Assembly (NCBI RefSeq): GCF_049554935.1
Contig: NZ_CP186926.1
Span: forward strand, 256,001-320,000
DNA from: Methanocaldococcus indicus
GTDB taxonomy: Archaea > AGJL01 > Methanococci > Methanococcales > Methanocaldococcaceae
Direction of reading: 5' to 3'
Length of the DNA stretch: 64,000 bases
Shown here: piece after piece, positions 52,662 to 62,491 of the stretch
How the letters are laid out: each line of letters opens with the position of its first letter
How positions within the stretch are numbered: position 1 is the first letter of the stretch
Made by a program: the position numbers and the translations under genes
The notes under the pieces: model-generated
Told to the model about the DNA's origin: nothing
Seen by the model: the letters and a program-made list of their open reading frames with translations, nothing else
Databases searched by the model: none

Positions 52662-52718
52662 GAGGGTTAGTATATATATTATTCCAATTTTAATTTAAAT
52701 ATTTAAATGTGTGATATA

Positions 52719-54008
52719 ATGACTCAAATTGAATCTGCAAAAAAAGGAATTATAACTGATGAGATGAAAACAGTTGCTAAATATGAAGATATAGATGTTG
52801 AGAAACTTAGGAGATATGTTGCTAAGGGATATGTTGTTATCCCAAAAAATGTAAATAGAGATATTAAAGCAGTTGGAATTGGAAAAGAACTAACTACAAA
52901 AGTAAATGCTAATATAGGAACTTCTCCAGATTTAGTAGATATTAACTTAGAGGTAGAAAAAGCTAAGATAGCTAAAAAATATGGAGCAGACACTATAATG
53001 GATTTAAGTGTTGGTGGAGATTTAGACAAGATTAGAAAAGAAATTTTAAAAGCTGTTGATATTCCATTAGGGACAGTTCCAATATATGAAGTAGCTAAGA
53101 TTGCTAAGGAAAAGTATGGAAAAGTTGTAGAGATGGATGAGGATTTAATATTTAATGTTATAGAGAAGCAAGCTAAGCAAGGAGTAGATTTCATGACACT
53201 ACATTGTGGAATAAATAAAAATTCAGTTGAAAGATTAAAAAGAAGTGGAAGAGTTTTAGGAGTTGTTAGTAGAGGAGGTTCTTTTTTAGTAGCTTATATT
53301 TTACACACAGGTGAAGAAAATCCTCTATATAAAAATTATGACTATTTAATGGAGTTGTTGAGAGAGTATGATGTAACTATCAGTTTAGGAGATGGACTAA
53401 GACCAGGATGTTTGTTAGATAATACAGACAGAGCTCAGATAGAAGAACTTATAATTTTAGGGGAATTAGTTGAAAGAGCAAGGGAGATGAATGTTCAAGC
53501 TATGGTAGAAGGTCCAGGACATGTTCCTCTAAACTATATTGGAACAAATATAAAACTACAAAAGAGATTATGTAAAGAAGCTCCATTCTATGTCTTAGGA
53601 CCAATAGTTACTGATATAGCTCCAGGATATGACCATATCACCTCAGCTATTGGTGGGGCATTAGCAGGATACTATGGAGCAGATTTCTTATGTTATGTAA
53701 CTCCTGCTGAACATTTAAGATTACCAAATATTGAAGATGTTAAAGAGGGAGTTATAGCTGCAAAAATAGCAGCTCAAGCAGCAGATGTTGCAAAAGGAAA
53801 TAAATTAGCTTTAAAAAAAGAAAAAGAAATGGCTTATGCAAGAAAAAATCATGATTGGGAAAAAATATATAATTTAGCAATAGATAAAGAGAAAGCTAAA
53901 AAAATGAGGGAAGAAATTCCACCAAAAGAAGAAAAAGCTTGTTCCATTTGTGGAGAGTTTTGTGCTCTATTAATGGTTAAAGAATTCTTAGAAAAAAATA
54001 AAAAATAA
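52719..54008 (+). CDS. thiC: Phosphomethylpyrimidine synthase
   Basis: KVNANIG, MDLS, VSRGG, SLGDGLRPG, EGPGH, YVTPAEH, CSICG.FC. Confidence 0.95.
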   Translation: MTQIESAKKGIITDEMKTVAKYEDIDVEKLRRYVAKGYVVIPKNVNRDIKAVGIGKELTTKVNANIGTSPDLVDINLEVEKAKIAKKYGADTIMDLSVGGDLDKIRKEILKAVDIPLGTVPIYEVAKIAKEKYGKVVEMDEDLIFNVIEKQAKQGVDFMTLHCGINKNSVERLKRSGRVLGVVSRGGSFLVAYILHTGEENPLYKNYDYLMELLREYDVTISLGDGLRPGCLLDNTDRAQIEELIILGELVERAREMNVQAMVEGPGHVPLNYIGTNIKLQKRLCKEAPFYVLGPIVTDIAPGYDHITSAIGGALAGYYGADFLCYVTPAEHLRLPNIEDVKEGVIAAKIAAQAADVAKGNKLALKKEKEMAYARKNHDWEKIYNLAIDKEKAKKMREEIPPKEEKACSICGEFCALLMVKEFLEKNKK

Positions 54009-54095
54009 TTTTTAACATTGAATATTTTAAAATTAAAAAATTTTGAAAAAATATATAAACTTAAACAATTAATTTTTAAATGCTCAAAAAAATGA

Positions 54096-54170
54096 TAGGG
54101 CGGCGGGGATTTGAACCCCGGACCACCCGGTTATCAGCCGGGCACTCTGACCAGGCTGAGCCACCGCCCT
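54096..54170 (-). tRNA. tRNA-Ile(GAT), CCA not encoded (TCA)
   Basis: AGGGCGG/CCGCCCT acceptor, CCCGG-CTGATAA-CCGGG, TTCAAAT. Confidence 0.95.
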
Positions 54171-54251
54171 ACAACAAAGGCAAAAATAAAATAAACAAAA
54201 GTCATATATAAAGCTTTTGGTTGTAATAAATTATAATATATGGTGGAATAA

Positions 54252-55040
54252 ATGTTAAAAAAACTTCTGATATTGATATGTAGTATATTACTACTTTCTG
54301 GATGTATAAACAACAATCAAAACTCAACACAAATAAAGACACAGATAAATATTGAAAATATTGATGTTAAGGATATTTTATCTATGGGATATTATGCAAA
54401 TAGCTTAGGTTATGTCAATGTAAAAAAACTTTCTAATACTCCTTTATCTCAAACATTAGTTTATGTTTTAGCTCCTGTTTATAAATTAGGTGTTAAGCAG
54501 GAGGATATTAATTATGTTATTTCTATGAAAGTAAATAATACACCTATATTACTATACTCTATAAACAAGGAGATTATTATAACTACTTCCCAAGTAGGAA
54601 AATATAATGGAGTTGATATCTACAAATCTGGTGATGTGTATTTATCTGTATATGACAACTATCTAATTATATCAACAAATCAAAAAGGAGTAGAGCTTGG
54701 AATATTATCTTTAAATAATAACAAGATAAAAAAAGAGTTTGAAGATATTTTAAAATATACTGATAAGAGCTATGATGCATTAAATACATTTGTAAATAAA
54801 ACATTAAATGTAACTTACAACAACAAAACATACAATTTAAAGATGATGTGCTATTTTGAAGGTGTAAATTTAAATAACAATATACTCTATGACAAGTTAA
54901 TTATAGCTTTCAACAACAAAACAGCAGCAGATATAGCCTACAATATAACTTTAAATCAAGCCAAAAACAATACAAAAAATATGAATATATCAAAAATAGG
55001 AAATGTATTAATAATAACTTCTAAATCTCAGCTAAAATAA
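54252..55040 (+). CDS. Hypothetical surface lipoprotein, Asn-rich
   Basis: MLKK + hydrophobic stretch + LSGC lipobox; GGTGG RBS. Confidence 0.7.
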   Translation: MLKKLLILICSILLLSGCINNNQNSTQIKTQINIENIDVKDILSMGYYANSLGYVNVKKLSNTPLSQTLVYVLAPVYKLGVKQEDINYVISMKVNNTPILLYSINKEIIITTSQVGKYNGVDIYKSGDVYLSVYDNYLIISTNQKGVELGILSLNNNKIKKEFEDILKYTDKSYDALNTFVNKTLNVTYNNKTYNLKMMCYFEGVNLNNNILYDKLIIAFNNKTAADIAYNITLNQAKNNTKNMNISKIGNVLIITSKSQLK

Positions 55041-55587
55041 CATATAACTCTTCAAATGGAATTTTTTCTTTTTCTAAAATTTTTGTTTTAAATCCTAATC
55101 TCTCAAATCTTTCTAATGTTTTATTTAAGTTTGTTAATGAACTTTGAACAATAACAACTCTACCATTTTCTTTTAAGTAGTTTTTAACTTCATCTATAAA
55201 TCTATCTAAAATTTCTCTTCCATCTTTTCCTCCATCAAATGCATAATTTAGATAACTATCTATTTTATCCTCTTCAACTGTTGGAAGATATGGAGGATTA
55301 AAAACTATAATATCAAATTTTTTATTTATATTTTCAAATAAGTCACTTTTAATAACTTCTATATTTACATTCTCAATATTGGCATTTTTCTTAGCCAACT
55401 CAACAGCCTTAGGATTTATATCTGCTGCTAAGACATTAGCTCCTCTCTTAGCAAGTTCAATAGCTACTATTCCTGTCCCTGTTCCCATCTCCAAAACATC
55501 TTTATCTTTCACATCAAGCTTTTTTAAAGCTCTTATTAGAAGATAAGTATCTTCTGCTGGTTCATAAACATCTCTATCCAATAGCAT
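55021..55587 (-). CDS. HemK2/Mtq2 protein-glutamine methyltransferase
   Basis: VYEPAEDT.LL, EMGTGTG, NPPY, DGG.DGR. Confidence 0.9.
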   Translation of the reverse strand: MLLDRDVYEPAEDTYLLIRALKKLDVKDKDVLEMGTGTGIVAIELAKRGANVLAADINPKAVELAKKNANIENVNIEVIKSDLFENINKKFDIIVFNPPYLPTVEEDKIDSYLNYAFDGGKDGREILDRFIDEVKNYLKENGRVVIVQSSLTNLNKTLERFERLGFKTKILEKEKIPFEELYVILAEI

Positions 55588-56440
55588 CTTTTAACTCCTT
55601 TCCTAATTCTTTACCAAACTTAATAGCTCTATCCAAATCATTAATACTACATTTAATTTTTTTAGATAATTCAAAATATTTCTCTTGTGTAGAAACTCCA
55701 ACTTTTAGAGTTAATATATTATTTTCAAAAACAGCAAGAGCACCAAATGGGACAGAACATCCAGAACCAAATTCATTTAAAGCTGCTCTTTCAGTTTTAA
55801 CTTCTAAAAAAGTCTTTTTATGGTTAATTCTTTTAAGAATTTCTTTTATATCATTATCGTCTTTTTTGTATGCAATAGCTATAACACCCTGAGCAGGAGC
55901 TGGTAAAATATCAGGATAGAATATTTTTAAATCACCTAAATCTATATTTAACCTTTTTATACTTGATTCAGACAAGACAATTGCATCATACTCTCCATTT
56001 TTTAATTTTCTTACTCTTGTATCTATATTTCCTCTTAGAAGTTTAAATTTTGCATTTGGAAATAAATTTTTTAAAAATGCTCTTCTTCTTATACTTGATG
56101 TTCCAATTGTTATATCTTCTTTTAGCTCATTTTTATATAGTAATATATCTTTATATCCATCTCTTTCTAATACAAAATAATCAAAATTAGGATTCCAGAT
56201 AGTTGGAATATCTTTTAAGCTATGGACAGCAATATCTATCTCACCATTTTCTAATGAAATATCCAATTCTTTTGTAAAGGCACCAATTCCAATATCAGAG
56301 ATTTTCTTATCTAAAATTTTGTCTCCTCTTGTTTTTATTATCTTTATTTCCACTTCATATCCAAGTTTTTCTAATTCTTTTTTAACTTTTTCAGCCTGAT
56401 ATAAAGCTAATTTACTTCCTCTTGTCCCTAATCTTATCAT
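55574..56440 (-). CDS. hemC: Porphobilinogen deaminase
   Basis: GTRGSKLAL.Q, GD, FTKE, VHSLKD, GTSS.RR, RGNIDTR, GCSVP. Confidence 0.95.
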   Translation of the reverse strand: MIRLGTRGSKLALYQAEKVKKELEKLGYEVEIKIIKTRGDKILDKKISDIGIGAFTKELDISLENGEIDIAVHSLKDIPTIWNPNFDYFVLERDGYKDILLYKNELKEDITIGTSSIRRRAFLKNLFPNAKFKLLRGNIDTRVRKLKNGEYDAIVLSESSIKRLNIDLGDLKIFYPDILPAPAQGVIAIAYKKDDNDIKEILKRINHKKTFLEVKTERAALNEFGSGCSVPFGALAVFENNILTLKVGVSTQEKYFELSKKIKCSINDLDRAIKFGKELGKELKDAIG

Positions 56441-57082
56441 TTTTTCCCAATAATAACTGATTTTTTATTAAATGGATTTGCTCTTACACATAAAGAATAA
56501 AGGTAAGGATAGTTTTCTTTTAGATGTATTAAATAGTTTATCCATTGGATAACCAACATTTTATATACTCTCAAAATATCATTTTTTAAATGCTCTAAAT
56601 CTTCCTTTGGTAGATTATCAAGATTCTCTCTTTTTTGAAGTTCATCAGCTAAATGAAAAACAGCTAATAAAAGCTCTGTAAAGTCCTCATGCTCCAATAG
56701 TATTGGATTCTCTAACAATCTTAAAAGGAACTCTCTATTTCTCTCCAAAATATTCTTTAATTCATATAAATCAATTTTATTTATATCTATATCAAAATTA
56801 TAGTTCTTTAAAATGTCTTTAACTTTGTTATATTTCTTTAAATCCCAAGAATCATCTATATTGAGTAAATCTTTTATATTGTTTTTATCAGCTTTAACAA
56901 TAATTTTTAATAGTTCATCACCAACAGCATTAAAAAAAGCTCCAATAACCATATTTAGCTTTTCTAAAAGAATATATTTCTCTCTATGTTCTAAAACTTT
57001 CTCTACAATGATAGTTATAAGTAATACTTCAATAGGAACATAACAAAAATAAAGATATTATTATGATTTCCTTCTTATTCAT
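56437..57082 (-). pseudogene. Frameshifted conserved methanogen membrane-anchored protein gene
   Basis: ATG 57082 gives MNKKEIIIISLFLLCSY*; another frame carries VPIEVLLITIIVEKVLEHREK...KLNMVIG into the 171-aa ORF; the two starts are 130 nt apart (out of frame). Confidence 0.7.
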
Positions 57083-57085
57083 AAT

Positions 57086-57565
57086 TTATCCTTTAAAATT
57101 CCAAATTTCATCTCCAACATAATGAATATTTTTTATAGCTTTTCCTTTATCTTTTTCTTTAATTTCTTTTGCAGAGAGTAAAGCTATACCAACACAAATA
57201 GGTTTTTTATGCTTCTCATCTAAAACAACTACTACATCCCCTTCTTCAATATCTTCATCAATCTCTACAATTCCAGGAATCATCACGTCAGCACCATTTA
57301 TTAAATATTTTATTGCTCCCATATCAATAATTACTTTTTTAAAGTCAGCTGGATACTTAGTTAGAAGATTTATTGTAGGGAAGATTTTATCATCAATCTT
57401 TATAGCTATTGGTTCTTTATCAGAAAGAATTAAATCAAATTTATCAGTTATAACCAACTCCAAACCTTTCTTTGGTAAAATATCATCTTTAAAAATTTTA
57501 GCCAACTCTTTTTTAATATTTTTTATCTCTTTCTTACTTAGATAAAACCTTTTTTTTATTTCCAT
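57086..57565 (-). CDS. PUA-domain RNA-binding protein (DUF1947/MCT-1-like)
   Basis: R..LSKKE, FPT, VIIDMGAIKYLINGADVMIPGI, KGKAIKNIHYVGD. Confidence 0.9.
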   Translation of the reverse strand: MEIKKRFYLSKKEIKNIKKELAKIFKDDILPKKGLELVITDKFDLILSDKEPIAIKIDDKIFPTINLLTKYPADFKKVIIDMGAIKYLINGADVMIPGIVEIDEDIEEGDVVVVLDEKHKKPICVGIALLSAKEIKEKDKGKAIKNIHYVGDEIWNFKG

Positions 57566-59041
57566 CTATCTACCCTCTTTTTGTATATTTTCTAAGATAT
57601 TAATAGCTTTTATACTATTTTTATCTAAATTTCTTATTAAAAGTAATTCTTTTTTCCACTCATTTGGATTTTTACCTCTCCATACAGAAAGTATTTCACC
57701 AACATATTTTAAGTTTATTTTACCAAAAACAACAGCAGTTGTATATATAAAATCTCTAACATTTTCCCAAGTTAAAAAATCTTTTGGTTTATCAAAAGAT
57801 ACATATATAGGAATTATATTTGTTAAAGCATCTAAGTTTGAGAAAAATTCTTTATCAGATGTAATAACTAAAAGCTTACCATTTTTATCTTTTAAAAACT
57901 CTAAAAATGACTCTTTAATTTCATTATCTCCTTTTCCTTTGTAGGGAATTATAATACAATTTTTATTTTTTAAATATTCAACCTGAGACAATCCTAATTT
58001 AAATACTCTATCTTTTGGAGATGGTTGATTTTCAAAATCTTTATCTTTTGGATTTTTTATTTTATAAAATTCAGTGGAGAGTTCATTACTAACACTTTCT
58101 GATAGCACAAAATTTGGAAGTATTTTTTCTTTATTATTCTCTAAAAAATCAATTAATTTCCTTGGAATTTGATTTATTAGAGCATTAGTATCAAAGGTTA
58201 TATAGTAAGTTTCTTTCTCCTTAAATTTATTTAATAAAGAATTAAAAAATTCTTCTTCATTCAACCAAGTTTCAAAATCATAAGTATATTTAACTTCATT
58301 TATAGAATTTAAAATATTGTTTATAAAATTACCATAGAGCTCATCATCTAATTTAATATTTTTATTTACTTCAACTTTTGCTTTATTGTCATTTAATAAA
58401 GTTATTTTTGCAAATTCTTGGCCATTTACTTTTATTTTTGTAGTATGTTTATCAAACAAATACATATTGTTTAAAATTGCCATTAAATTTTCTCTATTAA
58501 CTTTTTTGTTATCTTTACCATCAATTTTTAAAGGATTTTTATCTATTTTCTCATTTTTTAGCCAACTATTAAATTCATAAAGCTCTTGAATAGAAAATGG
58601 AATTAAGAATAATGGATAATTCATATATTTTAAATCTTTTAGATGTAAATAATAAACTTTATCACATTTATATTTTCCTTCTACTCCCTCTAACCCAGCA
58701 AATAATGAAAATGCACTCATAAACTTTCTTCCAGGAGTTATATCTATGGCAATTTCATTGTTTTTTAATTTTTCATTTTTTATTATTTTTTTTAAAGCAT
58801 TGGAGAATTCCTTAATATTTTCCTCACTAACTTTATAATCTTTGTTTATTTCAACTTTAAAATTGTATTCATTAGATAATATATTTACCCACTTTTCTAA
58901 TTTCTCTAAATTGTGTTTAACTTTATCATTCCATAAAAAATAAATTTTATCTGGAAGATAGCTATCTCTAACAATTGCAAACCATAAGGTATTAAAAACT
59001 GCATAAGGTGAAGTCCCCACAGTAGTTATCCAAATTTTCAT
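57566..59041 (-). CDS. CRISPR-associated CARF (Crn1-like)-PIN fusion protein
   Basis: N-terminal VGTSP and DITPGRKFMS CARF motifs; C-terminal PIN with FDTN (D284), E320, GD (D372), TSD (D396); last cas gene in the type III-A operon. Confidence 0.8.
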   Translation of the reverse strand: MKIWITTVGTSPYAVFNTLWFAIVRDSYLPDKIYFLWNDKVKHNLEKLEKWVNILSNEYNFKVEINKDYKVSEENIKEFSNALKKIIKNEKLKNNEIAIDITPGRKFMSAFSLFAGLEGVEGKYKCDKVYYLHLKDLKYMNYPLFLIPFSIQELYEFNSWLKNEKIDKNPLKIDGKDNKKVNRENLMAILNNMYLFDKHTTKIKVNGQEFAKITLLNDNKAKVEVNKNIKLDDELYGNFINNILNSINEVKYTYDFETWLNEEEFFNSLLNKFKEKETYYITFDTNALINQIPRKLIDFLENNKEKILPNFVLSESVSNELSTEFYKIKNPKDKDFENQPSPKDRVFKLGLSQVEYLKNKNCIIIPYKGKGDNEIKESFLEFLKDKNGKLLVITSDKEFFSNLDALTNIIPIYVSFDKPKDFLTWENVRDFIYTTAVVFGKINLKYVGEILSVWRGKNPNEWKKELLLIRNLDKNSIKAINILENIQKEGR

Positions 59042-59050
59042 ATTTTTCCC

Positions 59051-60244
59051 TTAAATTTTTTCTAATAACTTTTTACAAATATTAATAATCTCTTTTGCAT
59101 TCTCTTTATAATTATTTAGGTTCTCTAAGTTTTTTCTTCTACCAGCATGAGATAATGTATTTCTTGTATTTTGAATTAAATTCCAGGCTCTAACTAAATC
59201 TTCTTTTATACCTTTTTCTAAAATAATTTTTTCTATTTGAGTAACTTCTTCTTTAATATTATTATCTATTTTTTTATTTTCATCAATTAATTTATATATT
59301 GCATTTTCAGCTATCATTCTACTATTTTCATAATCTAACCAATTATCTGTTAAATTTGCTAAATATAATATATAATCAATTATCCACTCTCTAATAGATT
59401 GATAAAATTGAGGAATTAATTCAATTGAATACTGATACTCAGCCACCTTAAATAACTTTATTAAAATGTCTTTATTTAACTCAGATATGTTGTTTCTTCT
59501 TCTAATTTTATATCCAAAATCTGTAAAACTAAAAATATCCTCTTTTAAGTATTCAACAGGTGGTAAGTTAGAGCTAATTTCTTCAATTAATTTCTTTTTG
59601 TTATTAAGTTCATTAGCTTTTTCTAATGTCCATAAGTTGTGGTTGTAGTATATGGAGTTAGATAGATTAATAAGTGTATTTACAAAAGATTTGTTATTTA
59701 TTAGATTTTTAAATTCATCAGCTTTCCCATATTCTTTTAAACTTTTAGTTGCAAAAATCCAATTAGATAGTTCTATAGCTTTTGTTACTTCAATTATTGG
59801 AGAATATCCTAATTTTCTACTAACTTCATAAGCTCCATAATATACTCCACTTATCTTTATATTTTTAGTTTCTTTTAAAAACAACAAAATTAAAAACCCT
59901 AAAAAAGGAAGATATCTTAAACTATGAGTAATATCTAAGATAATCTCTTTTTCTTTTGGAACACTTTCATAGATATTTTTAAAAAGTGTCCATAAATCTT
60001 TTTCTTCTTCTACATTGGGAATATCTACAACATTAATTCTTACATTCAGATTATTTAACAAATTTTTTAATTCATTAAGATTTTTATGCTCTTTAACTTC
60101 AGGAGTAGCATAAACAATAACTTCATCAATCTTAAAATGTTTAACTAATACTTCTTGAATAAATGGAGTTCTATATTCTTTATCATCAATTTTATATGTA
60201 GTTTCTTGATAGTTTCCAGTTCCTAAAAATGTTAAGAGTATCAT
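59051..60244 (-). CDS. csx1: CRISPR-associated Csx1 (CARF + HEPN ribonuclease)
   Basis: FLGTGNY, LDITHSLRY (DxTHG-type), YYGAYE, HEPN RNTLSH. Confidence 0.88.
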   Translation of the reverse strand: MILLTFLGTGNYQETTYKIDDKEYRTPFIQEVLVKHFKIDEVIVYATPEVKEHKNLNELKNLLNNLNVRINVVDIPNVEEEKDLWTLFKNIYESVPKEKEIILDITHSLRYLPFLGFLILLFLKETKNIKISGVYYGAYEVSRKLGYSPIIEVTKAIELSNWIFATKSLKEYGKADEFKNLINNKSFVNTLINLSNSIYYNHNLWTLEKANELNNKKKLIEEISSNLPPVEYLKEDIFSFTDFGYKIRRRNNISELNKDILIKLFKVAEYQYSIELIPQFYQSIREWIIDYILYLANLTDNWLDYENSRMIAENAIYKLIDENKKIDNNIKEEVTQIEKIILEKGIKEDLVRAWNLIQNTRNTLSHAGRRKNLENLNNYKENAKEIINICKKLLEKI

Positions 60245-61398
60245 TCTATCCCCTCTATTTTTATCCATCCCAATGGTTTTTTAGCTACTAATCCTCTACT
60301 TTGAATATATCTAACATAAAAGGTCTTAGTGGATGGAAATTCATAATAATTTCTTGCTTTTCTCCAAGCATTAAATGAATTTCTATTATTTTTATATAAA
60401 TTTAAATAAAATCCTTTTATTGTATTAAATAAAGATAGACTTTTATCATTTTTCCAAAATAACAAATATAATGTCTTACTAATAAATCCACCAGCAAATC
60501 CTAAATTCAAAAATATAGAATTTGAGTTATTTATTTCATCTAATAAATCTTTATAGAAGTTAATTATTTCCTTATTATATCTCTTATTTAATTCATACTC
60601 AACAATTGTTTTAGAGAAGTTATTACAGATATCTTTTAAGAGTTCATAACCATCTTTATAGTTAGTTTCTAACATCTCATTTACTTTTTTTATAAATTCA
60701 TCCTCAACTTTAATTTTAAATTTAAATTTTCCTTCATAGTATGCTTCCAAATTTATTGGAATTCCTTTTGTAGTCCTTGTTCCTTTCAATCTTTTAGTTT
60801 GGATAAATCTAAACTTTTTCTTAGTTAGTTCTAAACTATCAGAAACTTTTAAATATTTAAAAAAATCATTTTGTATATTTTTTTGAATTCTTCCTTTTTT
60901 TATATTTATTTTTCCTTCAATAGCTTTAACTTCTGCTGCTATTCCTTTTTCATGAATTGGAATTTCTCTACTGTTAATTATTTTCAACAATTCAGAAAAA
61001 TGATTATCATAGTATTTAAATAAATAAGCTGTTCTTATAGCCCCTTTTATGGAACTTCCTGGAATATAATAAGAGTTATTTGTGGTTATGAACTTTTTTA
61101 CTCTTGTCCTACTGTTTGATTTAATTTCTGAATATATTTCTTTAACAACATAATCTTCTGGGTTTAAATTAAATTCTTCTAAAAGTTCTTTGGCATTAAT
61201 TTCTACCCTATTCCCAAAAGTATTTTGTAGTATAAGCTCACTAATTTCATTTATAGCATTTATATCTCCTAAATCTTGAAGAGCTTTTTCTAAATCTACT
61301 ATTTTAGCTTTGTTATTTTCTATATAGTAATCTAACTGAGTGTATTCATCCCCACAGCCTATAAAAATTGGTGATAGCAATTCAGCTTTTAAAATCAT
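60241..61398 (-). CDS. csm5: Type III-A RAMP Csm5
   Basis: LSPIFIG.G, YIPGSSIKGAIRTA, LKVSDS, LGFAGG...KT, PLGW. Confidence 0.9.
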   Translation of the reverse strand: MILKAELLSPIFIGCGDEYTQLDYYIENNKAKIVDLEKALQDLGDINAINEISELILQNTFGNRVEINAKELLEEFNLNPEDYVVKEIYSEIKSNSRTRVKKFITTNNSYYIPGSSIKGAIRTAYLFKYYDNHFSELLKIINSREIPIHEKGIAAEVKAIEGKINIKKGRIQKNIQNDFFKYLKVSDSLELTKKKFRFIQTKRLKGTRTTKGIPINLEAYYEGKFKFKIKVEDEFIKKVNEMLETNYKDGYELLKDICNNFSKTIVEYELNKRYNKEIINFYKDLLDEINNSNSIFLNLGFAGGFISKTLYLLFWKNDKSLSLFNTIKGFYLNLYKNNRNSFNAWRKARNYYEFPSTKTFYVRYIQSRGLVAKKPLGWIKIEGIE

Positions 61399-62452
61399 CG
61401 TTCCACCTTTTAGTTGGAAGTAAAATAGGTTTTCCATGAGTATATACAGAATGAGATTTTTCTTTAATATTTGGAGTAGTATCTACAACATTTCCAACAA
61501 AATTATTTTTAACAATACTACCTTCTGAGAGTGCTAAAATTGTCTTTTTCCTTTTTGTTAAATATTTAAAATATGTTGATGAGTAAATATATCCTCCTAA
61601 CTCTAAAAGTTTGTAATATTCAATATTTTTAATATCTTCCTCCTTAGGAATACCTACACCTAAAAGCATTTTATATTCACAATCTTCATTTTTATCAAAA
61701 ATTTCTTTTAAATTATTAGGAATATCTTCTATCTCAACAGTTTCAAAAAATCCAGCTCCAGAAGTTCTTTCTCCACCTAAACCTTCATCTTCAATTAGTT
61801 TAATACTTGCATCAATTTTTTTTGTTGTATCTTTATCTAACCCATTATAATCAATTAAAAAATAAAATTCTACATTGTTATTTGGTTTGAAAAACTCTAC
61901 ACTATAAAGCTGTCCTTTTTCTAACTCCAAAGTAATATTTTTTATTCTATCCATAGCTATTTTATGCTCTATTTCTTTTCCAAAGAGTGACTCTTTATTA
62001 ATCATATTTCTTATTTTGTCTATTTCTTTATCTGTTAGTATTATATTCCCATATTTATTTTCAAGAATTTCTTTTAAATTATTATGCCAGTAGTTCTCAT
62101 CTTTTTCATTATTTAAAAGCTCTTTATAAAATCCAATTGAGAAATAACTAATCTTTTTTACATCTTTTGGCTTTATTCCTTCCATTATATGCTTATTATC
62201 TAAGATATAAAAATATGGATGCTCTGGTTTTGGAATTAAAAAAATATCTTCTATCTTTGGATATAATGATGATAATCTTATATTTTTTATTTTTTCTATG
62301 TCCAAATCATTAGAGACATAAAGTTTAACATAGTTATTTATTATGGTTGAAAAAATTGTATTTGAGTGTAAAAAGTAAGAAGTGCTTTCCAAAGAACCTG
62401 TTCCAAAATGGAATTTGGAGTTTATTTTTGGCTTTAAAACAACAACTTTCAT
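61382..62452 (-). CDS. csm4: Type III-A RAMP Csm4
   Basis: FHFG, HSNT, LSSLYP, PKP, DEGLGGERTSGAG, EGS. Confidence 0.92.
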   Translation of the reverse strand: MKVVVLKPKINSKFHFGTGSLESTSYFLHSNTIFSTIINNYVKLYVSNDLDIEKIKNIRLSSLYPKIEDIFLIPKPEHPYFYILDNKHIMEGIKPKDVKKISYFSIGFYKELLNNEKDENYWHNNLKEILENKYGNIILTDKEIDKIRNMINKESLFGKEIEHKIAMDRIKNITLELEKGQLYSVEFFKPNNNVEFYFLIDYNGLDKDTTKKIDASIKLIEDEGLGGERTSGAGFFETVEIEDIPNNLKEIFDKNEDCEYKMLLGVGIPKEEDIKNIEYYKLLELGGYIYSSTYFKYLTKRKKTILALSEGSIVKNNFVGNVVDTTPNIKEKSHSVYTHGKPILLPTKRWNDDFKS

Positions 62453-62491
62453 TATTTCTCACCAAAAGGTTAGATAATAAATTAAAATTAT

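Noticed and set aside
52640-52718. TPP riboswitch upstream of thiC
   Set aside because: Intergenic gap is short and AT-rich with no CTGAGA/aptamer motif.
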